This document shows, in pieces, positions 8,321 to 16,289 of a DNA stretch of 32,000 nt. Numbering within the stretch: position 1 is the stretch's first letter; each line of letters starts with the position of its first letter. Location: positions 2,550,001 through 2,582,000 of the forward strand of contig NC_017080.1 of assembly GCF_000284115.1 (NCBI RefSeq), in the 5' to 3' direction. The position numbers and the translations under genes were made by a program. Below the pieces are notes generated by a model, which was given only the letters and a program-made list of their open reading frames with translations, had not been told where the DNA came from and made no database searches. This DNA comes from Phycisphaera mikurensis NBRC 102666 (GTDB lineage Bacteria > Planctomycetota > Phycisphaerae > Phycisphaerales > Phycisphaeraceae).

Positions 8321-9070
8321 TCAGCCGCCGGGCAGGGGCGGGGGAGCGGCGGCGGGAGCGGCGGGAGCGGCGGCAACGGCCTCGGAGAGCCGGTCGGTGC
8401 CGGCGTTGCGGAGCGCCTCGACGAGGTCCGCGGCGACCGCGACCTCCGCGGGGCTCTTGAAGGCCTTGAGCACCGCGGCGCGGTTCCGCAGCGGCATCGC
8501 GGCGAGCCAGGAGACGACCTCTTCGGCCTTGCCCTCCTCAAGCAACCGCTGTGCCACGCCCTTGGCCTGCTTCGCCGGCAGCGCCGTGAAGGTGGCGACC
8601 GCCCGCTGGAAGTCGGCGTCGTCCCGCTGCGCACGCTCCGCCTCCAAGAGCGCAGCAACGGCCTGCTCCCGTGCGCGGATCTCCTCGAGCCGCTCGTCCA
8701 CCCAGGCCCGGTCCTGCGCCATCCGCTCGCCGATGGCGTCGCCCTCCTCCCGCATCCGCTCGAGCCGGTGCAGGACCAGCTGCTCGCCGGAGAGCCGCTC
8801 GGCGAGGCGCTCTTCCAGCGGCTGCGGGCCGTCGGAGACCGAAGCGAGGTACGTGAGGTCCCGCTGCGTCGCCAGCGTCTCCGCCTCGAGCGTCGCCTCG
8901 GCCTCCGCGGCACGGGCCGCCTCGGCGACGGTCGGCTTGAAGAGATCGATCGCCTCGCGGACCCGCTCGCCGGAGAGGCGTCCGCTGGCCGCGAGCCAGA
9001 CGCCGCCGGCGGTCGCCGCGAGCAGGTGGACGGCCACCATCAGCACGATGACCGCCGCCAGCGTTCTCAA
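8321..9070 (-). CDS. MotE/YlxF-like flagellar protein (N-terminal TM helix, coiled coil, MgtE_N-like C-terminal domain), 249 aa
   Basis: C-terminus FTALPAKQAKGVAQRLLEEGKAEEVVSWLAAMPLRNRAAVLKAFKSPAEVAVAADLVEAL resembles the MotE/PF03448-type module (M.pk.AA.iL..l....a..iL..M..r.aA.iL..m.p..Aa.lt..l). It occupies the same slot as ylxF between fliJ and fliK in the B. subtilis fla/che operon. The TTG start at 9070 overlaps the fliJ TGA (TTGA); an alternative ATG is at 9040. Confidence 0.6.
   Translation of the reverse strand: MRTLAAVIVLMVAVHLLAATAGGVWLAASGRLSGERVREAIDLFKPTVAEAARAAEAEATLEAETLATQRDLTYLASVSDGPQPLEERLAERLSGEQLVLHRLERMREEGDAIGERMAQDRAWVDERLEEIRAREQAVAALLEAERAQRDDADFQRAVATFTALPAKQAKGVAQRLLEEGKAEEVVSWLAAMPLRNRAAVLKAFKSPAEVAVAADLVEALRNAGTDRLSEAVAAAPAAPAAAPPPLPGG
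8541..8556 (-). promoter_or_regulatory. Perfect sigma-54 -24/-12 element (TGGCAC-N5-TTGCT) inside the motE/ylxF-like CDS, about 235 nt upstream of fliK
   Basis: The reverse complement of 8541-8556 (agcaaccgctgtgcca) is TGGCACAGCGGTTGCT. All 10 fixed consensus positions match, and the orientation matches the flagellar genes. Confidence 0.5.
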
Positions 9071-9549
9071 GCCGGCGCCCCGGCCAGCACGCCGCGGCGG
9101 CCGGACAGCCGCTCCTGGAAGAAGCGCGTCGCGGAAAGGTCGTCCAGCGCGGCCTCCTCGCTGCGCTCGCGGGCCCGGCGACGGGCCCGGAGCTCCTGCT
9201 CGGCGAGCAGCTCCAGCGACCGGCGGCGCCGAACGGCCTCGTTGAGCTTGACCCGGCCGCCCGCCAGCTCACGCTCCAGCTGGGCGAGCCTGCCGACGAG
9301 CTCGCGGCCGCGGCCGGCGGTGTCGCCGCAGTAACGCGCGACCGCTCCGACCGCACCCAGATCGACCCGGCCCAACAAGCTCTCGCCGAGTTTCCGCTTG
9401 GATGCGTCGAGCGTCTCCTGCATCCGGCGGAGCTCGTCCATCAGGATCATCCGCAGGCGGAGCGTCCGGGCGACCGCCTGCTGCGCCGACGTCTCGGCGG
9501 CGGAGGCGGCGGTGAGGGCGGCGTGGTAGCGGGTGGAAGGGGCGGCCAT
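9067..9549 (-). CDS. fliJ: Flagellar export chaperone-like protein FliJ, 160 aa
   Basis: All-helical, Arg/Glu/Leu-rich coiled coil (…AQQAVARTLRLRMILMDELRRMQETLDASKRKL…VKLNEAVRRRRSLELLAEQELRARRRARERSEEAALDD), in the position after fliI. ATG at 9549; an in-frame TTG lies at 9561. Confidence 0.7.
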   Translation of the reverse strand: MAAPSTRYHAALTAASAAETSAQQAVARTLRLRMILMDELRRMQETLDASKRKLGESLLGRVDLGAVGAVARYCGDTAGRGRELVGRLAQLERELAGGRVKLNEAVRRRRSLELLAEQELRARRRARERSEEAALDDLSATRFFQERLSGRRGVLAGAPA

Positions 9550-9636
9550 GATGGGGTTCAAGGTGGGGGGCGGCTTCTCGGGCCCGCGGCGATTATCGGC
9601 CGGAGCCCGGCGGAAGCTGCAGATCGACGCCGCGCT

Positions 9637-10998
9637 TCAGCGGCGCGGCGACGCCGCCGGCTCGTCCGCCATCGCGGCGAGCGCCAGCAGCTGCGCCCGG
9701 GTTGCGGCGAAAGCCGGCGAGGCGCTGCGGCTGGCCAGCCCCTGCCGCAGGAAGGTGTCCATCGCCGGCTTCATCGCGATCGCGCGGTCCGCTTCGGGCC
9801 GGGAGCCCGCGGCGTACGCCCCGACCGCGACGAGGTCTTCGACGTCGCGGTGGGCGGCGAGCAGCCGCAGGACCTCCAGCCGGGCCGCGTCGTGCTCGGC
9901 ATCGACGACGTGCGGGGCCACGCGGCTGATCGAGGCGCAGCAGTCGATCGCCGGGTGGTGGCCCCGCTCGGCGAGCTTGCGGTCGAGCATGAGGTGGCCG
10001 TCGAGCACGCCCCGGCACGCCTCGGAGACCGGATCGGCCCCGGCTTCCTCGCCCTCGACGAGCACGGCATAGAGCGCGGTGATGCTGCCGACGCCCCCCG
10101 CCCCGGGACCGGCCCGCTCGAGCAGGCGCGGGAGCGCCGCGAAGACGCTCGGCGGGAAGCCGCGCGTCGCCGGCGGCTCGCCCGCCGCCAGGCCCACCTG
10201 CCGCTGCGCCTGCGCGAAGCGGGTGACCGAATCCATGAGCAGCAGGACGTCGGCCCCGCCGTCGCGGAAGTGCTCGGCCACGCAGGTCGCGGCGCGGGCG
10301 GCCCGGAGGCGCATCGGTGCCGGCTCGTCCCCGGTCGCCACGACCACGACCGAGCGGGCCAGGCCCTCGGGTCCCAGCGTCCGCTCCACGAACTCGTTGA
10401 CCTCGCGCCCCCGCTCGCCCACGAGGCCGACGACCACGACGTCGGCCGCGCAGCCGCGGGCGCAGGCGGCCAGCAGCGTGCTCTTGCCGACGCCCGGCGG
10501 CGCGAAGATGCCCATCCGCTGGCCGCGGCCCAGCGGCATGAGGCCGTCGATCGCCCGCACGCCGGTCGCGAGAGGCTGCCCGATGAGGGCCCGGCCGCAG
10601 GCCCCCGGCGGTGGCGCCTCCAGCGCCCGCGGCGTCCAGCCTCGCAGCGGCCCGCGTCCGTCGATCGGCCGGCCCAGCGCGTCGAGCACGCGGCCGAGCA
10701 GGCAGCCGCCGACCGGGAAGGTCGCCGCGGCCGAGGCCTGCTCCGCGTGGGCCGGATCGCCGGGCCGCAGCCCGTCGGCCTCGGCCAGCGGCAGCAGCAC
10801 CGCCCGCCCGCCCTCGAAGCCCACCGCCTCGGCGGGGACCGCCGGCCGGCCGCCGCCGCGGACCAGCCGCACGGTGGTGCCGATCGCGACGGCGAGCCCC
10901 TCCACGCACACCGACATCCCGCGGATCTCCGAGACGCGCCCGCTCAGCCGCGGGGCCACCGCCGCCTCGATCGCGGCGAGACGCTCTGCCGTTCTCAC
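9637..10998 (-). CDS. fliI: Flagellum-specific ATP synthase FliI, 453 aa
   Basis: Walker A IFAPPGVGKSTLL; Walker B region ADVLLLMDSVTRFAQAQR; a typical N-domain (GRVSEIRGMSVCVEGLAVAIGTTVRL). The GTG at 10998 overlaps the fliH TGA (GTGA). The 160 codons upstream in the ORF track are Gly/Arg junk overlapping fliH. Confidence 0.92.
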   Translation of the reverse strand: MRTAERLAAIEAAVAPRLSGRVSEIRGMSVCVEGLAVAIGTTVRLVRGGGRPAVPAEAVGFEGGRAVLLPLAEADGLRPGDPAHAEQASAAATFPVGGCLLGRVLDALGRPIDGRGPLRGWTPRALEAPPPGACGRALIGQPLATGVRAIDGLMPLGRGQRMGIFAPPGVGKSTLLAACARGCAADVVVVGLVGERGREVNEFVERTLGPEGLARSVVVVATGDEPAPMRLRAARAATCVAEHFRDGGADVLLLMDSVTRFAQAQRQVGLAAGEPPATRGFPPSVFAALPRLLERAGPGAGGVGSITALYAVLVEGEEAGADPVSEACRGVLDGHLMLDRKLAERGHHPAIDCCASISRVAPHVVDAEHDAARLEVLRLLAAHRDVEDLVAVGAYAAGSRPEADRAIAMKPAMDTFLRQGLASRSASPAFAATRAQLLALAAMADEPAASPRR

Positions 10999-11768
10999 GC
11001 TCCCTCCCCCGCGGCGGCACCCTCCGCCGCCGCCGGGGCCGCCTCCTCCGGCGGCCGCCCCTCCGCCGCTTCCGCCGCCTCCGCCCGCTCCCCCAGCAGC
11101 AGCACGGCCAGCCGCTCCAGCTTCGTCGCGACGCCCGCGTCCACCCGCCCCGCCCCGTGCGTCACCACGCAGCCCCGCGGCGGCACCGCCGCGTCCGCCT
11201 CCACCCGCACCGCCCCGCCGCCGGCGGCCGCGAGATCCGGCAGCGCGGCCTTCACCCGCTCGAGCTCCTCGGGCGCGACGCGCACCACCGCCTGCACCGG
11301 CTCGAGCACGTGCGACAGCGCCTCCCGCACCGCGTCCACCGCCGCGTCGGGCTGCGTGTCGAGGTGACGCGCCACCACCTTCTCCGCCAGCGCCAACGCC
11401 AGCCGCAGCACCGCCGTCTCCGCCTCGAGCCGCACGCTCTCCCGCACCGACGCCACACCCTCGGCGGCTTCCTTCCACACAGCGGCCACGTCCGCCAGTC
11501 GCGCCGACTCCGCCTCGCGCGCCTCCTCCCGCCCCGCCTCCAACCCCGCCGCGTGCCCCTGGGCCCGGCCCGCCGCCTCGCCCTCCTCGCGGGCCGCCGC
11601 CTCCGCCACCGCCGCCAGGCCGGCCGCCTGCTCCTTCGCCGCCTCCAACACCCCCTCTGCCTCGGCCCGCACCGCCTCACGCAGCCGCTGGGCCTGCCGA
11701 CCCAGGTCGGTCAGGTCAAGGACGACGGCGTGGGGCGAGCCGGCGGGATTCTTCTTGAGCAGCGGCAT
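10995..11768 (-). CDS. fliH: Flagellar assembly protein FliH, 257 aa
   Basis: Ala/Glu-rich coiled-coil N-half, then a FliH C-domain-like region (AVLRLALALAEKVVARHLDTQPDAAVDAVREAL...VRVAPEELERVKAALPDL...VRVEADAAVPPRGCVVTHGAGRVDAGVATKLERL). Translationally coupled to fliI; position between fliG and fliI. Confidence 0.82.
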   Translation of the reverse strand: MPLLKKNPAGSPHAVVLDLTDLGRQAQRLREAVRAEAEGVLEAAKEQAAGLAAVAEAAAREEGEAAGRAQGHAAGLEAGREEAREAESARLADVAAVWKEAAEGVASVRESVRLEAETAVLRLALALAEKVVARHLDTQPDAAVDAVREALSHVLEPVQAVVRVAPEELERVKAALPDLAAAGGGAVRVEADAAVPPRGCVVTHGAGRVDAGVATKLERLAVLLLGERAEAAEAAEGRPPEEAAPAAAEGAAAGEGA

Positions 11769-11950
11769 GGGGGCGGCACGGGGAGGCGTAAGCGGGGGAA
11801 GAGGACAAGAGGTCGATCAAGCGTGCCGGCAGGGCGGGATCGTGGCTGCAGCTCGGGTGGCGACGCAGCCGCCGGTTCGTCGCGACGCTTCGCCTCCGCC
11901 ATCCGGTCCCGCCCGCCCGCCCGCCGCGGCCGGGCTGCCCCCACCTCGCC

Positions 11951-12979
11951 TCAGACGATCAGGTCCTTGTCCCCCCCGCGGCCCTGGATGATGATCTCGC
12001 CCGCGTCCTCCAGGCGACGCACGATGTCGACGATCTTCTGCTGCGACGCCTCGACGTCGGCCACGCGGACCGGGCCCATGAACTGCATCTCCTCGCGGAT
12101 CATCGTCACCGCACGCTCGCTCATGTTCCGGAAGATCTTCTCGGTGAGTTCCTCGCTCGCCGTCTTGAGCGCGAGCGTGAGCTGGTCGTTGTCGACCTCC
12201 TTGAGCACCGCCTGAATGCCCTTGTCGTCGACCTGATTGATGTCCTCGAAGACGAACATCAGCCGGCGGATCTCGTCGACGAGCTCGGGCGACTCGTCCT
12301 CGAGCCCCTCCATGATCGACTTCTCGGTGGTGCGGTCGGTGAGGTTGAGCATCTCGGCGACCGTGCCCACGCCGCCGATCTTCTCGAAGCTCTGGCTGAG
12401 CATGCTCGAGAGGCGCGCCTCCAGCCCCGCCTCGACCTCCCGCACGATCTCGGGGTTCGTGTTGGTCATCCCGGCGACACGCTTCACCACCTCCACCTGC
12501 TTGGGGCCGGGCAACCCGCCGAGCACTTCCGAGGCCTTCGTGTAGGAGAGGTGGCTGACGATCAGCGCGATCGTCTGCGGGTGTTCGTCCTGGATGAACG
12601 TGAGCAGGTGGGAGCTCTCGGCCTTCTGCAGGAACGAGAACGGCGCCCGCCGCACCTGCTGGGAGAGCGAGCTGATCATCTGCTGCGCCTTCTCCTCGGG
12701 CAGCCCCGCGTTCAGCAGCGCCGTCACGCGGCTGAGCCCGCCCTCGCAGCCCCACTGCTGGCCCACGATGCCTTTGTAGAACTCCTCGAGCACCGCGTCG
12801 CGCACGCGCTGCTCGACCGGCGGCATCGTCGCCAGCTCGCGCGTGACCTCCTCGAGGGCCCGCTCGGGCAGCTGCGAGAGCATCGCACCCGCCGCCGCGT
12901 CCTCCAGCGCCGCCAGCAGCACCGCCGCCTTGCGGATGGGGGTGAGCTTCACGGGCGTGGGCGTGGCGGTCTCGGCCAT
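11951..12979 (-). CDS. fliG: Flagellar motor switch protein FliG, 342 aa
   Basis: LTPIRKAAVLLAALEDAAAGAMLSQL (N-domain); MLNLTDRTTEKSIMEGLEDESPELVDEIRRLMFVFEDI (middle domain with the EHPQ-like QDEHPQTIALIVSHL); C-domain DKGIQAVLKEVDNDQLTLALKTASEELTEKIFRNMSERA..MIREEM. Confidence 0.95.
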   Translation of the reverse strand: MAETATPTPVKLTPIRKAAVLLAALEDAAAGAMLSQLPERALEEVTRELATMPPVEQRVRDAVLEEFYKGIVGQQWGCEGGLSRVTALLNAGLPEEKAQQMISSLSQQVRRAPFSFLQKAESSHLLTFIQDEHPQTIALIVSHLSYTKASEVLGGLPGPKQVEVVKRVAGMTNTNPEIVREVEAGLEARLSSMLSQSFEKIGGVGTVAEMLNLTDRTTEKSIMEGLEDESPELVDEIRRLMFVFEDINQVDDKGIQAVLKEVDNDQLTLALKTASEELTEKIFRNMSERAVTMIREEMQFMGPVRVADVEASQQKIVDIVRRLEDAGEIIIQGRGGDKDLIV

Positions 12980-13007
12980 GGCGGGCGGCGGACGGGCGGG
13001 AGCGGGA

Positions 13008-14657
13008 TCAGTCGTCGGCTTCGACCCAGCGGCCGAGCAGGCTCCCGGCGTCGTCGGGGTTGGTCATGATCAGGTCGCCGATCTGCTCGGCGATGCGGCG
13101 GCTACGCACCTCCTCGTCGGAGATCTCGTGGCCCTCCAGGGCGCTGTCGGCGCCTCCGGCGTCGGCGATGAGGCTCGCGTCGAGCTCCAGGTCCTCGGGG
13201 ATGCCGGCGAGCTCCTGCACGCTGGGCAGCTCTTCTTCGCGGGACGCCCGCTTCACCAGGAACAGCATCAGCCCGACGGCGGCCAGGCTCAGGGCCACCA
13301 TCGTGCCCGACCCGGCCCAGGCGTCGCCGAGCGCCTCGACCGCCCGACCCGCGGCGCCTCCGCCGGCGGTGGCGACCGCGAAGCTGCCGCTGTCGTAGAT
13401 CATCTTCGCGACGACGGTGCCCGGGACCTCCACGCCGCTGACGCGGGTGGACACCTGCGGTTGGATCTGCTCGCGGATGCGGTCGAGCTCGCGGGCGATG
13501 ATCGGCTGAAGCTCGGCCTCGTCGGGCGCGGTCGCTTCCGCGTCGGCGGCCTGCGTGCTGCGGTAGACGGCGACGAACCACGAGCGCGGGACGTTGATGG
13601 TCACGTTCACCCGCTCGAGCGCGTGGCCCGCCAGCCGCTTGGTCGATTCCTCGACCGGGACCAGGGGCATGAACTCGGTTTCGGTCGTCGCCTCCGTCTC
13701 GACCTCCAGCACCGCCGGGCCGCCGTCGATGCTCATCTGCGTGTTGGGCCGCACGCCCGCCGCGCCGCTCCGCGGCTCGCGCCGCCGCTCGCTCTCGTCG
13801 TTTCGTTCGCGGAGCAGCGGCTGGCTCTCGCGGTACGAGAGGCTCTTGACCTGCTCCTGCTGCGTCGCGTTCACGGCCACGTTGACCGCGACCACCACGC
13901 CGGGGATGTGCCCGAGCAGGTCGTGGATCCGGGCCTTGTGGCGGCCCTCGAGGTTGTTCACCAGCTCCAGCAGGTCGCTGGGCACCATGTCGTCCTCCCC
14001 GGCGATCTCGTAGGAGCGGCCGGTGTTCGCGTCGATGACCTTCACGTCCTCGGGCCGCAGGTCCGTGATCGAGCTGGCGACCAGGTCGGCGAGCGCCTTC
14101 TGCATCTTCCGGGGGATGGCGCCGCCGTCCTTCATCTCCACCGTGACCGAGCCGGAGGACCGCTGGTGCGAGCTCCCGAAGGCGGTCCGCCGCGGCGGCA
14201 CGATGATGACCTCGGCGTTCTTGACGCCGCTCATCTTCCCGGCGACGCGGCCGACATAGGCCATCATCGCCTTGAGGAACTCGCGGTCGTTCTGCGCGTT
14301 GGTCATCCAGGGGCTGGACACCACGCCCGAGAAGGCGCCCGCCGCGTTCTCGTCGAGCATCGCGTCCTGCGCCAGCAGGGCGAGGGCACCCTCGAAGTCG
14401 CCGGACTTCACGAAGACCTGCGCCCCGCGGACCTCGGTCTCGAAGCCGGCCGACGCCAGCTTCATCACGACCTCGTCGGTCCGCCCGCTGGAGAACTGCG
14501 AGAGCGGCTGCAGGGTGGATTGCCCGGCGTACAGCACCGACAGCATCGCGACGAGCGCTGCGATGATCGCGAGCGACCCCACGAGCATCTTCGTCGAGAG
14601 CGGGACGCCGTCGAGGCGCTCGCGGAACACGAGAAACTGCCGGTTGACGAACTCCAA
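13008..14657 (-). CDS. fliF: Flagellar M-ring protein FliF, 549 aa
   Basis: N-terminal TM (MLVGSLAIIAALVAMLSVLY), a YscJ/FliF periplasmic domain (TDEVVMKLASAGFETEVRGAQVFVKSGDFEGALALLAQDAM), a second TM near the C-terminus (MVALSLAAVGLMLFLV) and an acidic FliG-binding tail. TTG start at 14657, preceded by GGCGGAG. Confidence 0.92.
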   Translation of the reverse strand: MEFVNRQFLVFRERLDGVPLSTKMLVGSLAIIAALVAMLSVLYAGQSTLQPLSQFSSGRTDEVVMKLASAGFETEVRGAQVFVKSGDFEGALALLAQDAMLDENAAGAFSGVVSSPWMTNAQNDREFLKAMMAYVGRVAGKMSGVKNAEVIIVPPRRTAFGSSHQRSSGSVTVEMKDGGAIPRKMQKALADLVASSITDLRPEDVKVIDANTGRSYEIAGEDDMVPSDLLELVNNLEGRHKARIHDLLGHIPGVVVAVNVAVNATQQEQVKSLSYRESQPLLRERNDESERRREPRSGAAGVRPNTQMSIDGGPAVLEVETEATTETEFMPLVPVEESTKRLAGHALERVNVTINVPRSWFVAVYRSTQAADAEATAPDEAELQPIIARELDRIREQIQPQVSTRVSGVEVPGTVVAKMIYDSGSFAVATAGGGAAGRAVEALGDAWAGSGTMVALSLAAVGLMLFLVKRASREEELPSVQELAGIPEDLELDASLIADAGGADSALEGHEISDEEVRSRRIAEQIGDLIMTNPDDAGSLLGRWVEADD

Positions 14658-14849
14658 GGGTCGGCTCCGCCGGGGTCGCTGCGATCAGCCCGCCGCGTCC
14701 TTGCGCCGGTCCCGCGGAACATCGGATGAAGCCCCACGCCGGCCGCAACTTCGGCGCGGGGAGTCGGGGGACCGGGAGCGACGCCGCGGGCGTGCCGGTT
14801 GAACGCGGATCCGGGCGGGTGCTGTGGTCCTTCGGGCTTGCCGCCGGTG

Positions 14850-15176
14850 TCAGACGCGGATCTGCTTCACTTCCTCGTACGCGTCCATCATCTTGTTCCG
14901 CACCTGCAGCAGCATCTTGAACGCGACGTCGGCCTTCTCGGTGGCCGTCATGACGGCGCCCAGGTCGGTCCGCTTGCCGGCGACGACGTCCTCGACGGCC
15001 TGGTGCGCCTCCTCCTGGAGCTGGCTCACCTCGGACATGTTCTTGACGAGCACGTCCTTGAAGGAGGGGCCCTCCGCCGGGCCCGTGGCCGGCGCGGCGG
15101 GCGGGCGGATCGGCGAGATCGGCCGGATCGGCGAGGCGCCGGCGCTGCCTTGGATGAGGCCGAGAGGATCGGACAT
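14850..15176 (-). CDS. fliE: Flagellar hook-basal body complex protein FliE, 108 aa
   Basis: C-terminal FliE signature: SFKDVLVKNMSEVSQLQEEAHQAVEDVVAGKRTDLGAVMTATEKADVAFKMLLQVRNKMMDAYEEVKQIRV. Confidence 0.9.
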   Translation of the reverse strand: MSDPLGLIQGSAGASPIRPISPIRPPAAPATGPAEGPSFKDVLVKNMSEVSQLQEEAHQAVEDVVAGKRTDLGAVMTATEKADVAFKMLLQVRNKMMDAYEEVKQIRV

Positions 15177-15208
15177 GGTTTCACCGGATTCGGAATCGGG
15201 ATCGGGGC

Positions 15209-15610
15209 TCAGCCGATCAGGGACAGCGCCGCCTGCATCATGCGCTTCGTGGCTTCGGCCGCGGCGATGTTGGCTTCATAGCTCCGCGTGGCCTCGATGG
15301 CGTTGACCTGCTCGACCTCCGAGGACACGTTCGGGTACAGCACGTAGCCGTCGCCGTCGCCGTCCAGCGGGTTGCCGGGCTCGTAGCGCCTGCGGAAGGC
15401 GGAGGGGTCGTCGCGGATCTCCGACACGTGCACGCCCGCGCCGCCGCGCCCGTCGCCGGGCTGCAGCAGCACCATCTTGCGGCGGAAGGGCGAGTTGGTG
15501 ACGCCGTCGCGGGTTGCCGTGCCCGCGTTGGCGAGGTTCGCCGCGATGGCGTCCATCCGCGTGCGCTGCGCGACGAGGCCGGAGGTCGAGGTGTCGAGGG
15601 CGTGGAACAT
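15209..15610 (-). CDS. flgC: Flagellar basal-body rod protein FlgC, 133 aa
   Basis: MFHALDTSTSGLVAQRTRMDAIAANLANAGT... and C-terminus YPNVSSEVEQVNAIEATRSYEANIAAAEATKRMMQAALSLIG (canonical FlgC ends). Confidence 0.93.
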   Translation of the reverse strand: MFHALDTSTSGLVAQRTRMDAIAANLANAGTATRDGVTNSPFRRKMVLLQPGDGRGGAGVHVSEIRDDPSAFRRRYEPGNPLDGDGDGYVLYPNVSSEVEQVNAIEATRSYEANIAAAEATKRMMQAALSLIG

Positions 15611-15726
15611 GGGCAGTCAGGGGCGGCGGGAACCAGGAGCACGCGACGGAGGATCGCAACGAGAGAAGGACCGAGTCAGGAACCGCGACGCCGAACCGAA
15701 GAAGCGTGCCCCGCACCCGCCCGCCT

Positions 15727-15813
15727 GCGTCTCTGCGTCTCTCCGCCTGCCCACCTCTAGACCGGGTCTCTTCATCACGTCGTCTCTCCGTCTCTTCTAC
15801 TCCTCCGACTCTT
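15727..15813. repeat. Second copy of the GTCTCTNC 8-bp repeat family, in the flgB-flgC intergenic spacer
   Basis: gcgtctct x2 (15727-15742), then gtctcttc / atcacgtc / gtctctcc / gtctcttc / tactcctc (15766-15805) in 8-bp register. Same unit as the array at 1461-1595. Confidence 0.8.
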
Positions 15814-15824
15814 CCTCCAAACCC

Positions 15825-16259
15825 TCAAAGCCTCTCCCGGATCGCCGTGTTCAGGGACGCGAACTGCCGCCTCAGCATCGTGATGGCGAAGCCGTGGGCC
15901 ATCTGGTTCTCCGCGAGGTCCTGCATGAGGCGGTCGAGGTCGCGGTTGTTGCGGTCGTGGAAGAGCACGTTCTCGTCGCGCGCGATCGGGGTGGCCTCCA
16001 GCCGGTCGCGGCCGAAGCGGAGGCTGCCCGAGCCGGAGAAGGTCAGGCCCGTCCGCTGCGGGGAGCGCCTCGCCCGGCGGCGGTCGATGGCCGCGCCCAG
16101 CTTCCGCTGGAACTCGTCCACGGGGAGGTCCGCGGGCCGGAAGTGCGGCGTCGACAGGTTCGCGATCGAGTGCGCGAGCACGCCCTGCCGGGCCTCGGTG
16201 AACTGCACCAGCCGCTCGAGAGCGGGCGAGGCGCCGTGGTGGGAGAGTTCAGCGATCAC
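15825..16259 (-). CDS. flgB: Flagellar basal-body rod protein FlgB, 144 aa
   Basis: RQGVLAHSIANLSTPHFRPADL (the FlgB N-motif ..vla.NiAN..TPg..) and C-terminus DLDRLMQDLAENQMAHGFAITMLRRQFASLNTAI. GTG start at 16259 with no obvious Shine-Dalgarno sequence. Confidence 0.88.
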   Translation of the reverse strand: MIAELSHHGASPALERLVQFTEARQGVLAHSIANLSTPHFRPADLPVDEFQRKLGAAIDRRRARRSPQRTGLTFSGSGSLRFGRDRLEATPIARDENVLFHDRNNRDLDRLMQDLAENQMAHGFAITMLRRQFASLNTAIRERL

Positions 16260-16273
16260 GTCGGGGATCCATG

Positions 16274-16289
16274 AGCAACGGCCGTGCCA
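16274..16289 (-). promoter_or_regulatory. Sigma-54 promoter (cTGGCACG-N4-TTGCT) for flgB and the downstream flagellar operon
   Basis: The reverse complement of 16274-16289 (agcaacggccgtgcca) is TGGCACGGCCGTTGCT, which matches the extended consensus YTGGCACG-N4-TTGCW exactly. It lies in the 106-bp gap between the sigma-54 activator gene stop (16366) and the flgB start (16259). Confidence 0.7.

Noticed and set aside
9637-11478. The 613-aa version of the fliI ORF, which extends 160 codons upstream.
   Set aside because: The extension is Gly/Arg/Ala junk that fully overlaps fliH in another frame. A GTG at 10998 overlapping the fliH stop (GTGA) gives a normal-length FliI starting just before the conserved N-domain. 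The same logic trims the 5' extensions of 1603-3675, 17956-19047, 19468-21267, 24801-25850 and 25947-27095.
11814-11828. CGGCACGCTTGATCG on the minus strand in the fliG-fliH gap, and GGCACGCCCGCGGC in the fliE-fliF gap (about 14790-14805), as further sigma-54 promoters.
   Set aside because: Only the -24 half (GGCAC) matches; the -12 regions are ATCG and CGGC. A bare GG-N10-GC pattern is expected frequently by chance in DNA this GC-rich.
11711-11944. A 77-aa minus-strand ORF filling the fliG-fliH gap and overlapping the fliH start, and the 64-aa plus-strand ORF at 14726-14920 in the fliE-fliF gap, as candidate small flagellar genes.
   Set aside because: Their composition is Arg/Pro-rich with no helical or TM character and no family resemblance. 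The first overlaps a well-supported fliH start, and the second is antisense to the operon.
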